From a virus, in the IMG/VR virus record IMGVR_UViG_3300029868_000025: 40,756 nucleotides of DNA; one strand, 5' to 3'. The first letter of the stretch is position 1, and the number at the start of each line of letters is the position of its first letter. The notes below the pieces were generated by a model. That model saw only the letters and a list, made by a program, of their open reading frames with translations. It was not told the origin of the DNA and made no database searches. The position numbers and the translations under genes were made by a program. Positions 1-6,631 of the stretch are shown here, one piece after another.

Positions 1-93
1 AAGCCAAACCAAGATAGAACTTAGTCACAATTAAACTGACCTCGCCGTCAGTCGCCTTAATGTCTATGCCTACAAAGTGCGCAATACCGAACC
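1..93. repeat. Terminal direct repeat, copy 1 (identical to 40664..40756)
   Basis: Base-for-base identity read directly: aagccaaaccaagatagaac...gcaataccgaacc at both ends. Confidence 0.95.
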
Positions 94-166
94 CTATACC
101 CGTAATCACCAAGACATAACAAAGCATGGAAATAAAAGCCCAAAATATTGATTTTGAAATACTCAT
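1..166 (-). CDS. Small membrane protein, N-terminal 55 codons (gene crosses the contig junction; rest at 40581..40663)
   Basis: ATG at 166..164 preceded by GGAGAAAG. Reading through the junction gives 82 aa, MSISKSIFWAFISMLCYVLVITGIGFGIAHF...KACREFND, with stop at 40583..40581. Confidence 0.6.
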   Translation of the reverse strand, partial: MSISKSIFWAFISMLCYVLVITGIGFGIAHFVGIDIKATDGEVSLIVTKFYLGLA

Positions 167-182
167 CTAACTTTCTCCTATT

Positions 183-203
183 CGACAGCAAAGCGTCTTA
201 TTT
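183..203 (-). repeat. Intercistronic repeat A, copy 1 (minus strand AAATAAGACGCTTTGCTGTCG)
   Basis: Identical 21-mer at 40229..40249. Both copies contain the TAA stop of the upstream gene and precede the next RBS. Confidence 0.9.
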
Positions 204-404
204 GTTGTACTCAACTGGATGAGGTCTAAATTTGGCGGGAGAGATACCAGTAGCAGCCCTCCAACCCTTCATGAAATTGTTGTAGTCGCGTAGACGTTGC
301 TTGCTCTCCTTTGTCTCCATTAGCCCTCGAAATAAGGTTTCTTTGAACGTCCTATTTGGCGGTCCTGGCGGTAGCTTCATATAGTTATTCCCCGACATTT
401 TCAC
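198..404 (-). CDS. Hypothetical early protein (68 aa)
   Basis: ORF in the leftward operon. Its start overlaps the stop of the upstream gene (401..404). Confidence 0.6.
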   Translation of the reverse strand: MKMSGNNYMKLPPGPPNRTFKETLFRGLMETKESKQRLRDYNNFMKGWRAATGISPAKFRPHPVEYNK

Positions 405-616
405 GTGTTAGCTATCTGTTCTTGTGTTGCATGCCTATAATCTCTGGCAAACAACCATTCCGTTTTCTTACTATCCAGCTGTACATGATCGTCTTTGTAG
501 AAACCGCTCGTGGAAACAACGGTTCTAACTCTGCTCGATATACCGTCAATTTCCACCACTTTCGAGCCTTCTATAAAACCGTGCATATCGGTATGATGCC
601 TTTCGCCAAAATTCAT
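401..616 (-). CDS. Hypothetical early protein (71 aa)
   Basis: ORF with ATGA start/stop overlap with the 54-aa ORF upstream. Confidence 0.6.
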   Translation of the reverse strand: MNFGERHHTDMHGFIEGSKVVEIDGISSRVRTVVSTSGFYKDDHVQLDSKKTEWLFARDYRHATQEQIANT

Positions 617-777
617 AAAACCCGCCTCATTGGTTGAAAATCGTTAATATTATGGTCACAGCCTCTAGGGCAATTAATCACCACTCTGATTAAATCAATC
701 TCAAGTTGTGACATGATATACCCGCATTTCGGGCAGCACCTATGCGTTACTGCTGGCTCAATTTTGATAACAGTCAT
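613..777 (-). CDS. Small zinc-ribbon-like protein (54 aa, below the ORF-track cutoff)
   Basis: Hand translation MTVIKIEPAVTHRCCPKCGYIMSQLEIDLIRVVINCPRGCDHNINDFQPMRRVL. It has CxxC...CxxxC motifs, the GGGGG RBS of repeat B, and ATGA coupling to the next gene. Confidence 0.55.
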   Translation of the reverse strand: MTVIKIEPAVTHRCCPKCGYIMSQLEIDLIRVVINCPRGCDHNINDFQPMRRVL

Positions 778-795
778 AACTCAAACCCCCGACAG
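775..795 (-). repeat. Intercistronic repeat B, copy 1 (minus strand CTGTCGGGGGTTTGAGTTATG)
   Basis: Identical 21-mer at 1170..1190. It contains the RBS and start codon of two different genes. Confidence 0.9.
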
Positions 796-798
796 AAC

Positions 799-954
799 TT
801 AAAGTTGACTGCCTTTTCTGTTACAGAGCCGCCAATAACCAATCCCATCCCAAAACCCATCTCCCCACTCGACATAGGAATAATTTTCCCCTTTCGCGTT
901 CCCGTAACGCTTACGGGGGTAGCATCCTATCCTTACCATTCTCACCAAATTCAT
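799..954 (-). CDS. Hypothetical small protein (51 aa)
   Basis: Hand translation MNLVRMVRIGCYPRKRYGNAKGENYSYVEWGDGFWDGIGYWRLCNRKGSQL. GGGAGAAAGAG RBS lies upstream of ATG 954. Confidence 0.45.
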   Translation of the reverse strand: MNLVRMVRIGCYPRKRYGNAKGENYSYVEWGDGFWDGIGYWRLCNRKGSQL

Positions 955-971
955 ATCTCTTTCTCCCAAAT

Positions 972-1172
972 TTATTCTGCTATAGGTTCGTACTGATCTT
1001 CATCATCAATCCAGTGCTCAGTCCCAAACCCTGATTTAATAGGAACCCATCGCTCTCTGCCTAATCCGCTCATACTCCTGGCGAAAACATTCCCGTAATA
1101 CACTTTTATGAAGTGCGGGTTAAAAACATCGTTACCGTTGTGCTTGTGGGTAGCGCCTTTAGGTGTAGCCAT
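972..1172 (-). CDS. Hypothetical early protein (66 aa)
   Basis: ORF; its start is embedded in repeat B copy 2. Confidence 0.6.
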   Translation of the reverse strand: MATPKGATHKHNGNDVFNPHFIKVYYGNVFARSMSGLGRERWVPIKSGFGTEHWIDDEDQYEPIAE

Positions 1173-1190
1173 AACTCAAACCCCCGACAG
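1170..1190 (-). repeat. Intercistronic repeat B, copy 2
   Basis: Identical to 775..795. Confidence 0.9.
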
Positions 1191-1199
1191 CAATTAGTG

Positions 1200-1535
1200 T
1201 TAATGCGCAGCTTCTTCATATGCGTCTACCATTTCACATGCATCTTCGTAGACCATAGAGTAGGATGGAACGAAACCTTCTTTGCACTCGTAAACGTTTT
1301 CTTCCCCTATTTCAGCGGCTTTAAGGGTTAGGTATCCGGCGCATTCTTTATTGATTTCCATGCTAACTGCTTCGCCATCATCGTCGTGCTTTGTCGTTTT
1401 ATGACATGGAAATGTGTTGTACTTATTTTGAGCACCATACGCCAATTCTCCCGCTCTTTGTGGATGAAGATAAGGTTTAACGTCATTGCGAAACGGGCAA
1501 TGTTGGCACGGCTTTTTGATAAATGAATCGCCCAT
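1200..1535 (-). CDS. Cysteine/histidine-rich hypothetical protein (111 aa from internal ATG)
   Basis: ORF 1200..1592. ATG 1535 has a GAGGGA RBS. Motifs PCQHCPFRNDV and FPCH suggest metal binding. Confidence 0.65.
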   Translation of the reverse strand: MGDSFIKKPCQHCPFRNDVKPYLHPQRAGELAYGAQNKYNTFPCHKTTKHDDDGEAVSMEINKECAGYLTLKAAEIGEENVYECKEGFVPSYSMVYEDACEMVDAYEEAAH

Positions 1536-1606
1536 AATTAACTTTCCCTCAATATTCTTTGCTGGTAACGCTATAACTAACGCCACCAACAAATAACACT
1601 TTTAAA

Positions 1607-1654
1607 ATCAGCCCCGCCTAGCTTGACCTTTTGGGAAGGAGTAACGGGGCTGAT
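1607..1654 (-). terminator. Long hairpin, weak terminator candidate
   Basis: 10-bp stem ATCAGCCCCG/CGGGGCTGAT with a 28-nt loop, followed on the minus strand by TTTAAAAG. Confidence 0.3.
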
Positions 1655-1689
1655 TGTTTACTTTTGTTTATCGCTTGGTTCGTGAATTG

Positions 1690-1983
1690 CTAGCTTCGTA
1701 GGCCAGGGTCTTCTATATGGAACGCAGCGCTTAATGATACGGTGCTAATTTTACTTGTCGCTTTACTGCCTGAACTGACGGCTACGTCACCAGAGCCCGC
1801 GCCAATATCAACACGAAATACACTTTTCACCTCCATTTCGCAAGAAGCGCATACACCGTTAATATCAACCAAATCTACCAAATTAAAACTTTCAACTTGG
1901 TAGGAATGTACCTGGTCAGGCGGTGAAGCCATCGCAGTAAAAGAGAACACAAGTAGCGATATTGCTAAAAGAATGCTCTTCAT
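1690..1983 (-). CDS. Small secreted protein (97 aa, signal peptide)
   Basis: N-terminus MKSILLAISLLVFSFTAMA/SPP is a typical Sec signal with an AxA site. AAGGAGG RBS. Bracketed by hairpins. Confidence 0.65.
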   Translation of the reverse strand: MKSILLAISLLVFSFTAMASPPDQVHSYQVESFNLVDLVDINGVCASCEMEVKSVFRVDIGAGSGDVAVSSGSKATSKISTVSLSAAFHIEDPGLRS

Positions 1984-2020
1984 ATTTACCTCCTTTGGTT
2001 ATCGAAACCTTATGGTTTCA

Positions 2021-2045
2021 CCCAAAAACCCCCAATTAAGGGGGT
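2021..2045 (-). terminator. Rho-independent terminator (minus strand)
   Basis: ACCCCC-ttaatt-GGGGGT followed by TTTTT on the minus strand, downstream of the exonuclease gene. Confidence 0.65.
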
Positions 2046-2061
2046 GTTACTTCTAGATCAA

Positions 2062-2133
2062 TTCGCCCCAATCCCTCGCTAGTTGCGGTAGGGCCGCGTG
2101 TATTTTCCCTATAAGGAATGAGGGAGGGGCGAA
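2062..2133. repeat. 72-nt imperfect inverted repeat / structured element
   Basis: TTCGCCCCAATCCCTC (2062..2077) pairs with GAGGGAGGGGCGAA (2120..2133). An inner GCGG-taggg-CCGC hairpin is present. Confidence 0.4.
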
Positions 2134-2137
2134 ACTT

Positions 2138-2881
2138 TTAAGCCGCCTCTACAAAGTTAAAGCGGTTGTAAACGTCGCGAGTTTCAGCAACATCTAATTT
2201 GTTGTAGTTCAATACTTTTTGATATTCGCCAGCTTCGACAAAATCCCAAACCTTTGAGCCGTCAATATCGTCAGGCTTGCCAGGTATACCCAATGCATTG
2301 CACATTGAGTCAAGGCTTGCCCTTCCATTAAAGCCTTCCCATGCTTGCTGAAGGTCATAATAGTGTTGTTCGTGGCGTCCGTAATGCGGCAAGGGGAAGG
2401 GTGGTCTTACACCCAAAATAACAGCGCGCTTAAATAGAAATTTAAGGTCAAAGCCTGCAATGTAGTTGCCAATGAAAAACGGTTTTGAAGCGCCCAAGCT
2501 TTCGATTTGATCAAATACGCTATATAGAAACTCGGCCTCATCTTCACCAGGCGCTCTATACTCGCCTAATACATCACCGTTATTAGCAGCCCAAGCAATA
2601 GAGAATAATTCCCCTTTCGCGCCGTCAAATGATGTTTTTTTCCAGTTGTTAATGCCTTCATCAGCTGCAATTTTATCGGCAAAGCGCCCAGCCCACTTGA
2701 TAAGCATTTCATCTTTGCTTATAGGCTTTGCTTCTGCCGCGCTTAACTCTAAATCATCAGCAGCTTGACCCTTAGACATTCCACTAGGGGCCTTGAAATT
2801 GTCGATAGAATCCTGGATAAATTTAGCTTTAACGTCAGGGTCTTGCGAGGGGATGGTTTCTATATCAAGGAAAACATTCAT
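2138..2881 (-). CDS. DEDD-type 3'-5' exonuclease (PolB-exonuclease-like)
   Basis: Motifs FLDIETIP (ExoI), GFDLKFL (ExoII) and YNKLDVAETRDVY (ExoIII). Start overlaps the stop of the upstream gene. Confidence 0.8.
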   Translation of the reverse strand: MNVFLDIETIPSQDPDVKAKFIQDSIDNFKAPSGMSKGQAADDLELSAAEAKPISKDEMLIKWAGRFADKIAADEGINNWKKTSFDGAKGELFSIAWAANNGDVLGEYRAPGEDEAEFLYSVFDQIESLGASKPFFIGNYIAGFDLKFLFKRAVILGVRPPFPLPHYGRHEQHYYDLQQAWEGFNGRASLDSMCNALGIPGKPDDIDGSKVWDFVEAGEYQKVLNYNKLDVAETRDVYNRFNFVEAA

Positions 2882-3477
2882 TAATAAGCGCTTCCGTCTT
2901 GTGACATTTGAGAATATGAATCCATGTCATTCATTCCGCCGCCACTACCCGCGCCATTGCCGCCCTTGTTGCGCTCATCTTTAACGGTAAGAGTGTCGGC
3001 AAGCTTGTTGGCTGCGGTTGCTGGCTGACCATTAAGAGCTTCTTTCAATGTGACTCCAGTGGAAGCGCTAAATGGTAATTTGATATCAAACTTGTAACCG
3101 TCTGAGTTATCGGCCTTCGAGTACAAAACCTTCTGCAATACAAAGCCGATTTGCTGGCCTTCGAATTCTGGAATGATAAGCATATCTTTACCATCCTCAT
3201 CAAAGGCGGCTTTAGTTGTTATTCCTGGCAACTTCAGCAATCCCATAATCGCGCTAATAATTCCATTGCCCGACAGTTGGGTGCCGTCTGGCTTTTCGTA
3301 CCACACTTTCATGTAGCGAGCTTCGCCAACCTCGCTCTTTAAATTAAACTCAATACCCTTTGTTCCGGTCTTGGCGACAACTTGCTTAGCCAGCATCATT
3401 CCAGTGTAAGCGCCGCATTCAGTGATACCCATAGAACCTGCTTTTTCACCCGCTTTTTGATCGTATTGCAATAACAT
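2881..3477 (-). CDS. Putative ssDNA-binding protein partnering the Sak4-like ATPase
   Basis: Lies between the Sak4-like and exonuclease genes. Gly-rich linker (GGNGAGSGGG) and short C-terminal tail. Family assignment is tentative. Confidence 0.5.
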   Translation of the reverse strand: MLLQYDQKAGEKAGSMGITECGAYTGMMLAKQVVAKTGTKGIEFNLKSEVGEARYMKVWYEKPDGTQLSGNGIISAIMGLLKLPGITTKAAFDEDGKDMLIIPEFEGQQIGFVLQKVLYSKADNSDGYKFDIKLPFSASTGVTLKEALNGQPATAANKLADTLTVKDERNKGGNGAGSGGGMNDMDSYSQMSQDGSAY

Positions 3478-3479
3478 GC

Positions 3480-4127
3480 TTATTCCTCGTAGTAGCTATT
3501 AATGGTGGTAATTACTTGGTTTAAATCATTCTCTATTAACTCATTCTCAAACATGCCTAGAGGTGCTTTAGCTGGCGTTTGTCCGTTAGTAGCGGTTTCG
3601 AAGTAGTGTTTCTTATCTCGCGTTACGCACATCAACACGCTAGTAAATAAACCCTCTACCACGACTTTCTCATCTAGCATCTTGCCAGTGGTCTTGATGC
3701 TTACCTGGCCTTCTGCGTTAGTTTGCGTGTGAGCCATAAATACAACTGTAATGTCGTCGGGTAACGTCTTAGCGAAGTCAATCAACCCCAAGAAGCTCAA
3801 CGCCATTTCTGTGAATTTCTTGTATCCGGTCACATCTACTCGGCTGAACTCATCACGCATCATTAAATAATTACTGTCGTCAACTACGATTACTTTCTTG
3901 CCTGCGTCAGCGGCGTCAGCCATTACTCGCTTAATCATTTCGTATTTGTTGCTGCAAAATATCGAGCCGGTTTGATCTTCGCTAGTAAACGACTTCCAGC
4001 CTTTGGGCTTGAAAGGTAAATCTTTCTTTTCGACTTGTATTAGTAGCGTTGTTACAGGGTTTAAGTTGCGTAGGCTGGTTGTTTTGCCTGAACCCGAGTT
4101 GCCTAGTATCAATACGCACCTGCTCAT
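3480..4127 (-). CDS. Sak4-like RecA-fold ATPase (AAA_24-type recombination protein)
   Basis: Walker A LILGNSGSGKTT and Walker B VIVVDD. Size and context are typical of phage Sak4. Confidence 0.8.
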   Translation of the reverse strand: MSRCVLILGNSGSGKTTSLRNLNPVTTLLIQVEKKDLPFKPKGWKSFTSEDQTGSIFCSNKYEMIKRVMADAADAGKKVIVVDDSNYLMMRDEFSRVDVTGYKKFTEMALSFLGLIDFAKTLPDDITVVFMAHTQTNAEGQVSIKTTGKMLDEKVVVEGLFTSVLMCVTRDKKHYFETATNGQTPAKAPLGMFENELIENDLNQVITTINSYYEE

Positions 4128-4324
4128 CGGTAATAGCCTTCGTGTGTTGCAATATAAGGCGAAGTTTCAATTTCTTCGCCTGTAACGTTCTCGCCTCGAT
4201 ACTCTTCAAGACTGCTATTTCGCGCTTGTGTTCTAGTAGCGTCATCCGTATCAACCCCCATGAGCGCTATACTGAAAACTAGCGCGATTAAAAATAGACT
4301 TGCTTCTGAAAAGTTACGCATCAT
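4124..4324 (-). CDS. Small protein with hydrophobic N-terminus (66 aa)
   Basis: ORF coupled at both ends by start/stop overlaps. Contains the segment ASLFLIALVFSIALMGV. Confidence 0.5.
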   Translation of the reverse strand: MMRNFSEASLFLIALVFSIALMGVDTDDATRTQARNSSLEEYRGENVTGEEIETSPYIATHEGYYR

Positions 4325-4722
4325 TAGCCGGCTCTCCTTAAATCGTCATCTAACGCGACTTTGTTTGTATCCAGCCAAGAGTGCATCAATTCCAATATCT
4401 CACTCTCAGCGGTAACACGTAGAGCCTTGTCGATATACTCGCGAACCTTGTATTGGTCGGCGTCTTTCTTGGTTGCTATCCATCGATTAACCAACGCTAT
4501 ACAGGTATCAGTCATTACTATTTCGCTGTAATGCTCGTTGAGTAATTCGGTTAGCGTGCCGTCATCGTTCGTTAAATCCATCAGCCAAGCATCAATCAAG
4601 CTGTCACCGTCGTTTACTGGTAGGTGATCTATGCAACCAGGCGGATTGATTGGATTAATCAACCGGCTAAAGCGCTCGCATAAGTCTGGATAATTCGCTA
4701 TATCGAGTGATAGGTCAGTCAT
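4324..4722 (-). CDS. Acidic hypothetical protein, first gene of the leftward early operon (132 aa)
   Basis: ORF directly downstream of the PL-like promoter. Very D/E-rich. Confidence 0.65.
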   Translation of the reverse strand: MTDLSLDIANYPDLCERFSRLINPINPPGCIDHLPVNDGDSLIDAWLMDLTNDDGTLTELLNEHYSEIVMTDTCIALVNRWIATKKDADQYKVREYIDKALRVTAESEILELMHSWLDTNKVALDDDLRRAG

Positions 4723-4734
4723 ACTTGCGCCCTA

Positions 4735-4783
4735 GTTATGTTTTGATAACCAGAAATATAGCACAAGTTGTTATTGTAACAAC
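4735..4783 (-). promoter_or_regulatory. Putative PL-like promoter with two inverted-repeat operators
   Basis: Minus strand TTGTTA (4782..4777), 16 nt, TATATT (4760..4755). Palindromes are GTTGTTA-ttg-TAACAAC (4767..4783) and GTTAT-gttttg-ATAAC (4735..4750). Confidence 0.5.
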
Positions 4784-4842
4784 AAGAAAAGTTATATTTT
4801 TTGAGAGAAATACAAAAAAATGTAATTTAATTTAGCATCCCG

Positions 4843-5466
4843 CTAATTTCGACGGTCTTTTTCTCGCCGGTCAGGGTCATATGTGAGGTATAGGGCGCTG
4901 ACTCTCAGGTCACCGCCGATAGCCTCAAGCAGAGAGAAGAGGGTGCCAGGGGTGAAATTATCAACCTTGTTCTGGTCTATCCATAGCGCAACCTCTGTGC
5001 GGATGTTTAGTTTCCTAGCTGCCGTACCAGGTAGCACGTAGTTTTTCTTTATGTGGGCGCGGATGAAATCGAGCGCAGCTTGCTTAACCTTTTTTTCGAT
5101 ATTGGACACGGCAGGCCGATTAGACGTATTGGTTGTCATAAACCAAGCGAGATCAGAGAGAAGGCGGTACGCCTCCGGTGACGCATCGCCCATATTTTCT
5201 GCGGTAGCGTGCGCGAGCGGGTTGGCGCTCATTTCTACAAGTTCGCTACCTCGATAGAAAACTAGGTAATCAAGGGAATACTGGTCATTCTCGGCCAATA
5301 CTCTAGCTGCGTTGTAGTTTATATCGTCATCGTGAAACCATTGGGATATGCGCCTTGTAGAGACGCCGAAATACTCGGCAAGCTGATACTTCCGCTCAAA
5401 ACCTTTTTTTTCCATTAAATCTAGCAAGAGTTCCTTTCCGCTGACCTTATCAGACAGAAATCGCAT
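4843..5466 (-). CDS. Two-HTH-domain transcriptional regulator (207 aa)
   Basis: N-terminal HTH KYQLAEYFGVSTRRISQWF. C-terminal XRE-type HTH LPGTAARKLNIRTEVALWIDQNKVDNFTPGTLFSLLEAIGGDL. Confidence 0.7.
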   Translation of the reverse strand: MRFLSDKVSGKELLLDLMEKKGFERKYQLAEYFGVSTRRISQWFHDDDINYNAARVLAENDQYSLDYLVFYRGSELVEMSANPLAHATAENMGDASPEAYRLLSDLAWFMTTNTSNRPAVSNIEKKVKQAALDFIRAHIKKNYVLPGTAARKLNIRTEVALWIDQNKVDNFTPGTLFSLLEAIGGDLRVSALYLTYDPDRREKDRRN

Positions 5467-5589
5467 AAGAAAATCACAAAAAATTAAGAAATATTAAAAA
5501 AACATCATAAGAACAGTATTAATTATGAACGATTTGAAAAGATTTTCCTAAAAAACAGAAGAAGATATTCGTATATCGCTATAACTACC

Positions 5590-5613
5590 AAAAAAACGGA
5601 AGGTAGCCTTCCG
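5590..5613 (-). terminator. Rho-independent terminator (minus strand)
   Basis: CGGAAGG-cta-CCTTCCG followed by TTTTTTT on the minus strand. Confidence 0.5.
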
Positions 5614-5687
5614 AACTCACTATTGCACCGCTCTTTATTGGTGCTAACCTTGACTATTCGCAAGGAACGGATGAGGGCGATTGAAAA

Positions 5688-6158
5688 ATGAAGCAGTATT
5701 TTAAGCATGAAAAAGAGCTACAGAGCGGTGCGCCGTTTATTATTGATCAGCCGTACGACGACTTTAACGGCCTGGTAAAGGGTAGGGATCTGACAACCGG
5801 TGAGCGCTTCAGGTTGTCACCAAAGCTTTTTGTGGATAGGTATAGAGATACCTTTAACGCCCTTTTGGGCATGGATGACTTCTCAGCTACGGCCATAAAA
5901 AAAGACCACATTGCTTTTTGTTCTTCGAGGCATGGCGACGAGGAGAGCATGAAGCTTGTTGGCCACGATTGGCGGCAGTATGTCCCAAATGCTCACGGGG
6001 TATTGGTTGCAGCAAGCGCGCATGATATCGCTGATTCTGGTGGGGTTGCTAAATGCAGTATATCGGCGGAAAGCATGGTTGGCGGTAAAATCACTATATC
6101 AATGATAACCATGCCCATAGGCGGCTTTAACCTTGCAGTAGCGAGAATTATCACATAG
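5688..6158 (+). CDS. Hypothetical protein in the immunity region (156 aa)
   Basis: ORF with an upstream GAGGG RBS. No recognisable motifs. Confidence 0.6.
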   Translation: MKQYFKHEKELQSGAPFIIDQPYDDFNGLVKGRDLTTGERFRLSPKLFVDRYRDTFNALLGMDDFSATAIKKDHIAFCSSRHGDEESMKLVGHDWRQYVPNAHGVLVAASAHDIADSGGVAKCSISAESMVGGKITISMITMPIGGFNLAVARIIT

Positions 6159-6186
6159 AAAGCAAAGGATAACGGAAAGTAGTAAA

Positions 6187-6324
6187 ATGGAAGATAGTAA
6201 AGAAGTTATATCAAAAGATTGGAATGGCAATGGCCTGGAGTTTTATATTGAGTGCGGCGGTAGAGTTATCAAAAGGACGCATCCAGAAAAACAACAAGCA
6301 AAAGAATTAGAAAAAATAAGTTAA
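6187..6324 (+). CDS. Hypothetical small protein (45 aa)
   Basis: Hand translation MEDSKEVISKDWNGNGLEFYIECGGRVIKRTHPEKQQAKELEKIS. GGAAAG RBS. Confidence 0.4.
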   Translation: MEDSKEVISKDWNGNGLEFYIECGGRVIKRTHPEKQQAKELEKIS

Positions 6325-6340
6325 AATTTGGCTGGAAAAA

Positions 6341-6364
6341 ACCGGTGAACCGGTGAACCGGTGA
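6341..6364. repeat. Three perfect tandem 8-bp repeats (ACCGGTGA)x3, putative operator
   Basis: Read directly. The array overlaps the -35 position of a GATAAT (6386..6391) promoter candidate for the RHH gene. Confidence 0.9.
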
Positions 6365-6424
6365 AAATGTTAACGTGTTAATTTAGATAATATTATCGCT
6401 CCTTATCTTGCATTAGGGGGAGTG

Positions 6425-6631
6425 ATGAGCAGCAGCAGAGATTACAAGACGGTGAACGTGTCAACGGAAACATTGCAGCTCCTTCAGGACATCAGCGCGG
6501 TAACGGGCGAGCCTATGAAGGAGATAACGGAAGCGGCAATAAAGAGCTATCTTAGGGCCAGCCCAAGTTTGCGCAAAAAGGTTGCAGTCTATAGGGAGGT
6601 GATGGGGAGAATCGAAGGGAGCAAGGAATAA
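6425..6631 (+). CDS. Ribbon-helix-helix (Arc/CopG/MetJ-like) DNA-binding protein
   Basis: KTVNVSTETLQLLQDISAVTGEPMKEITEAAIKSYL fits a beta-strand/helix/helix pattern. AGGGGGAG RBS. Confidence 0.7.
   Translation: MSSSRDYKTVNVSTETLQLLQDISAVTGEPMKEITEAAIKSYLRASPSLRKKVAVYREVMGRIEGSKE

Noticed and set aside
3982-4282. ORFs 3982..4254 (-), 4003..4185 (+) and 4049..4282 (+)
   Set aside because: They overlap the Sak4-like gene and the coupled 66-aa gene in other frames. No independent support.
5523-5708. 61-aa minus-strand ORF in the AT-rich region
   Set aside because: It spans a terminator hairpin and promoter-like AT-rich DNA, overlaps the start of the 156-aa gene, and is compositionally implausible.
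6341-6364. Short tandem repeats (8 bp x3 here, 11 bp x2 at 36725) as a CRISPR array
   Set aside because: The units are contiguous without spacers and far too short. They are better explained as protein-binding sites.
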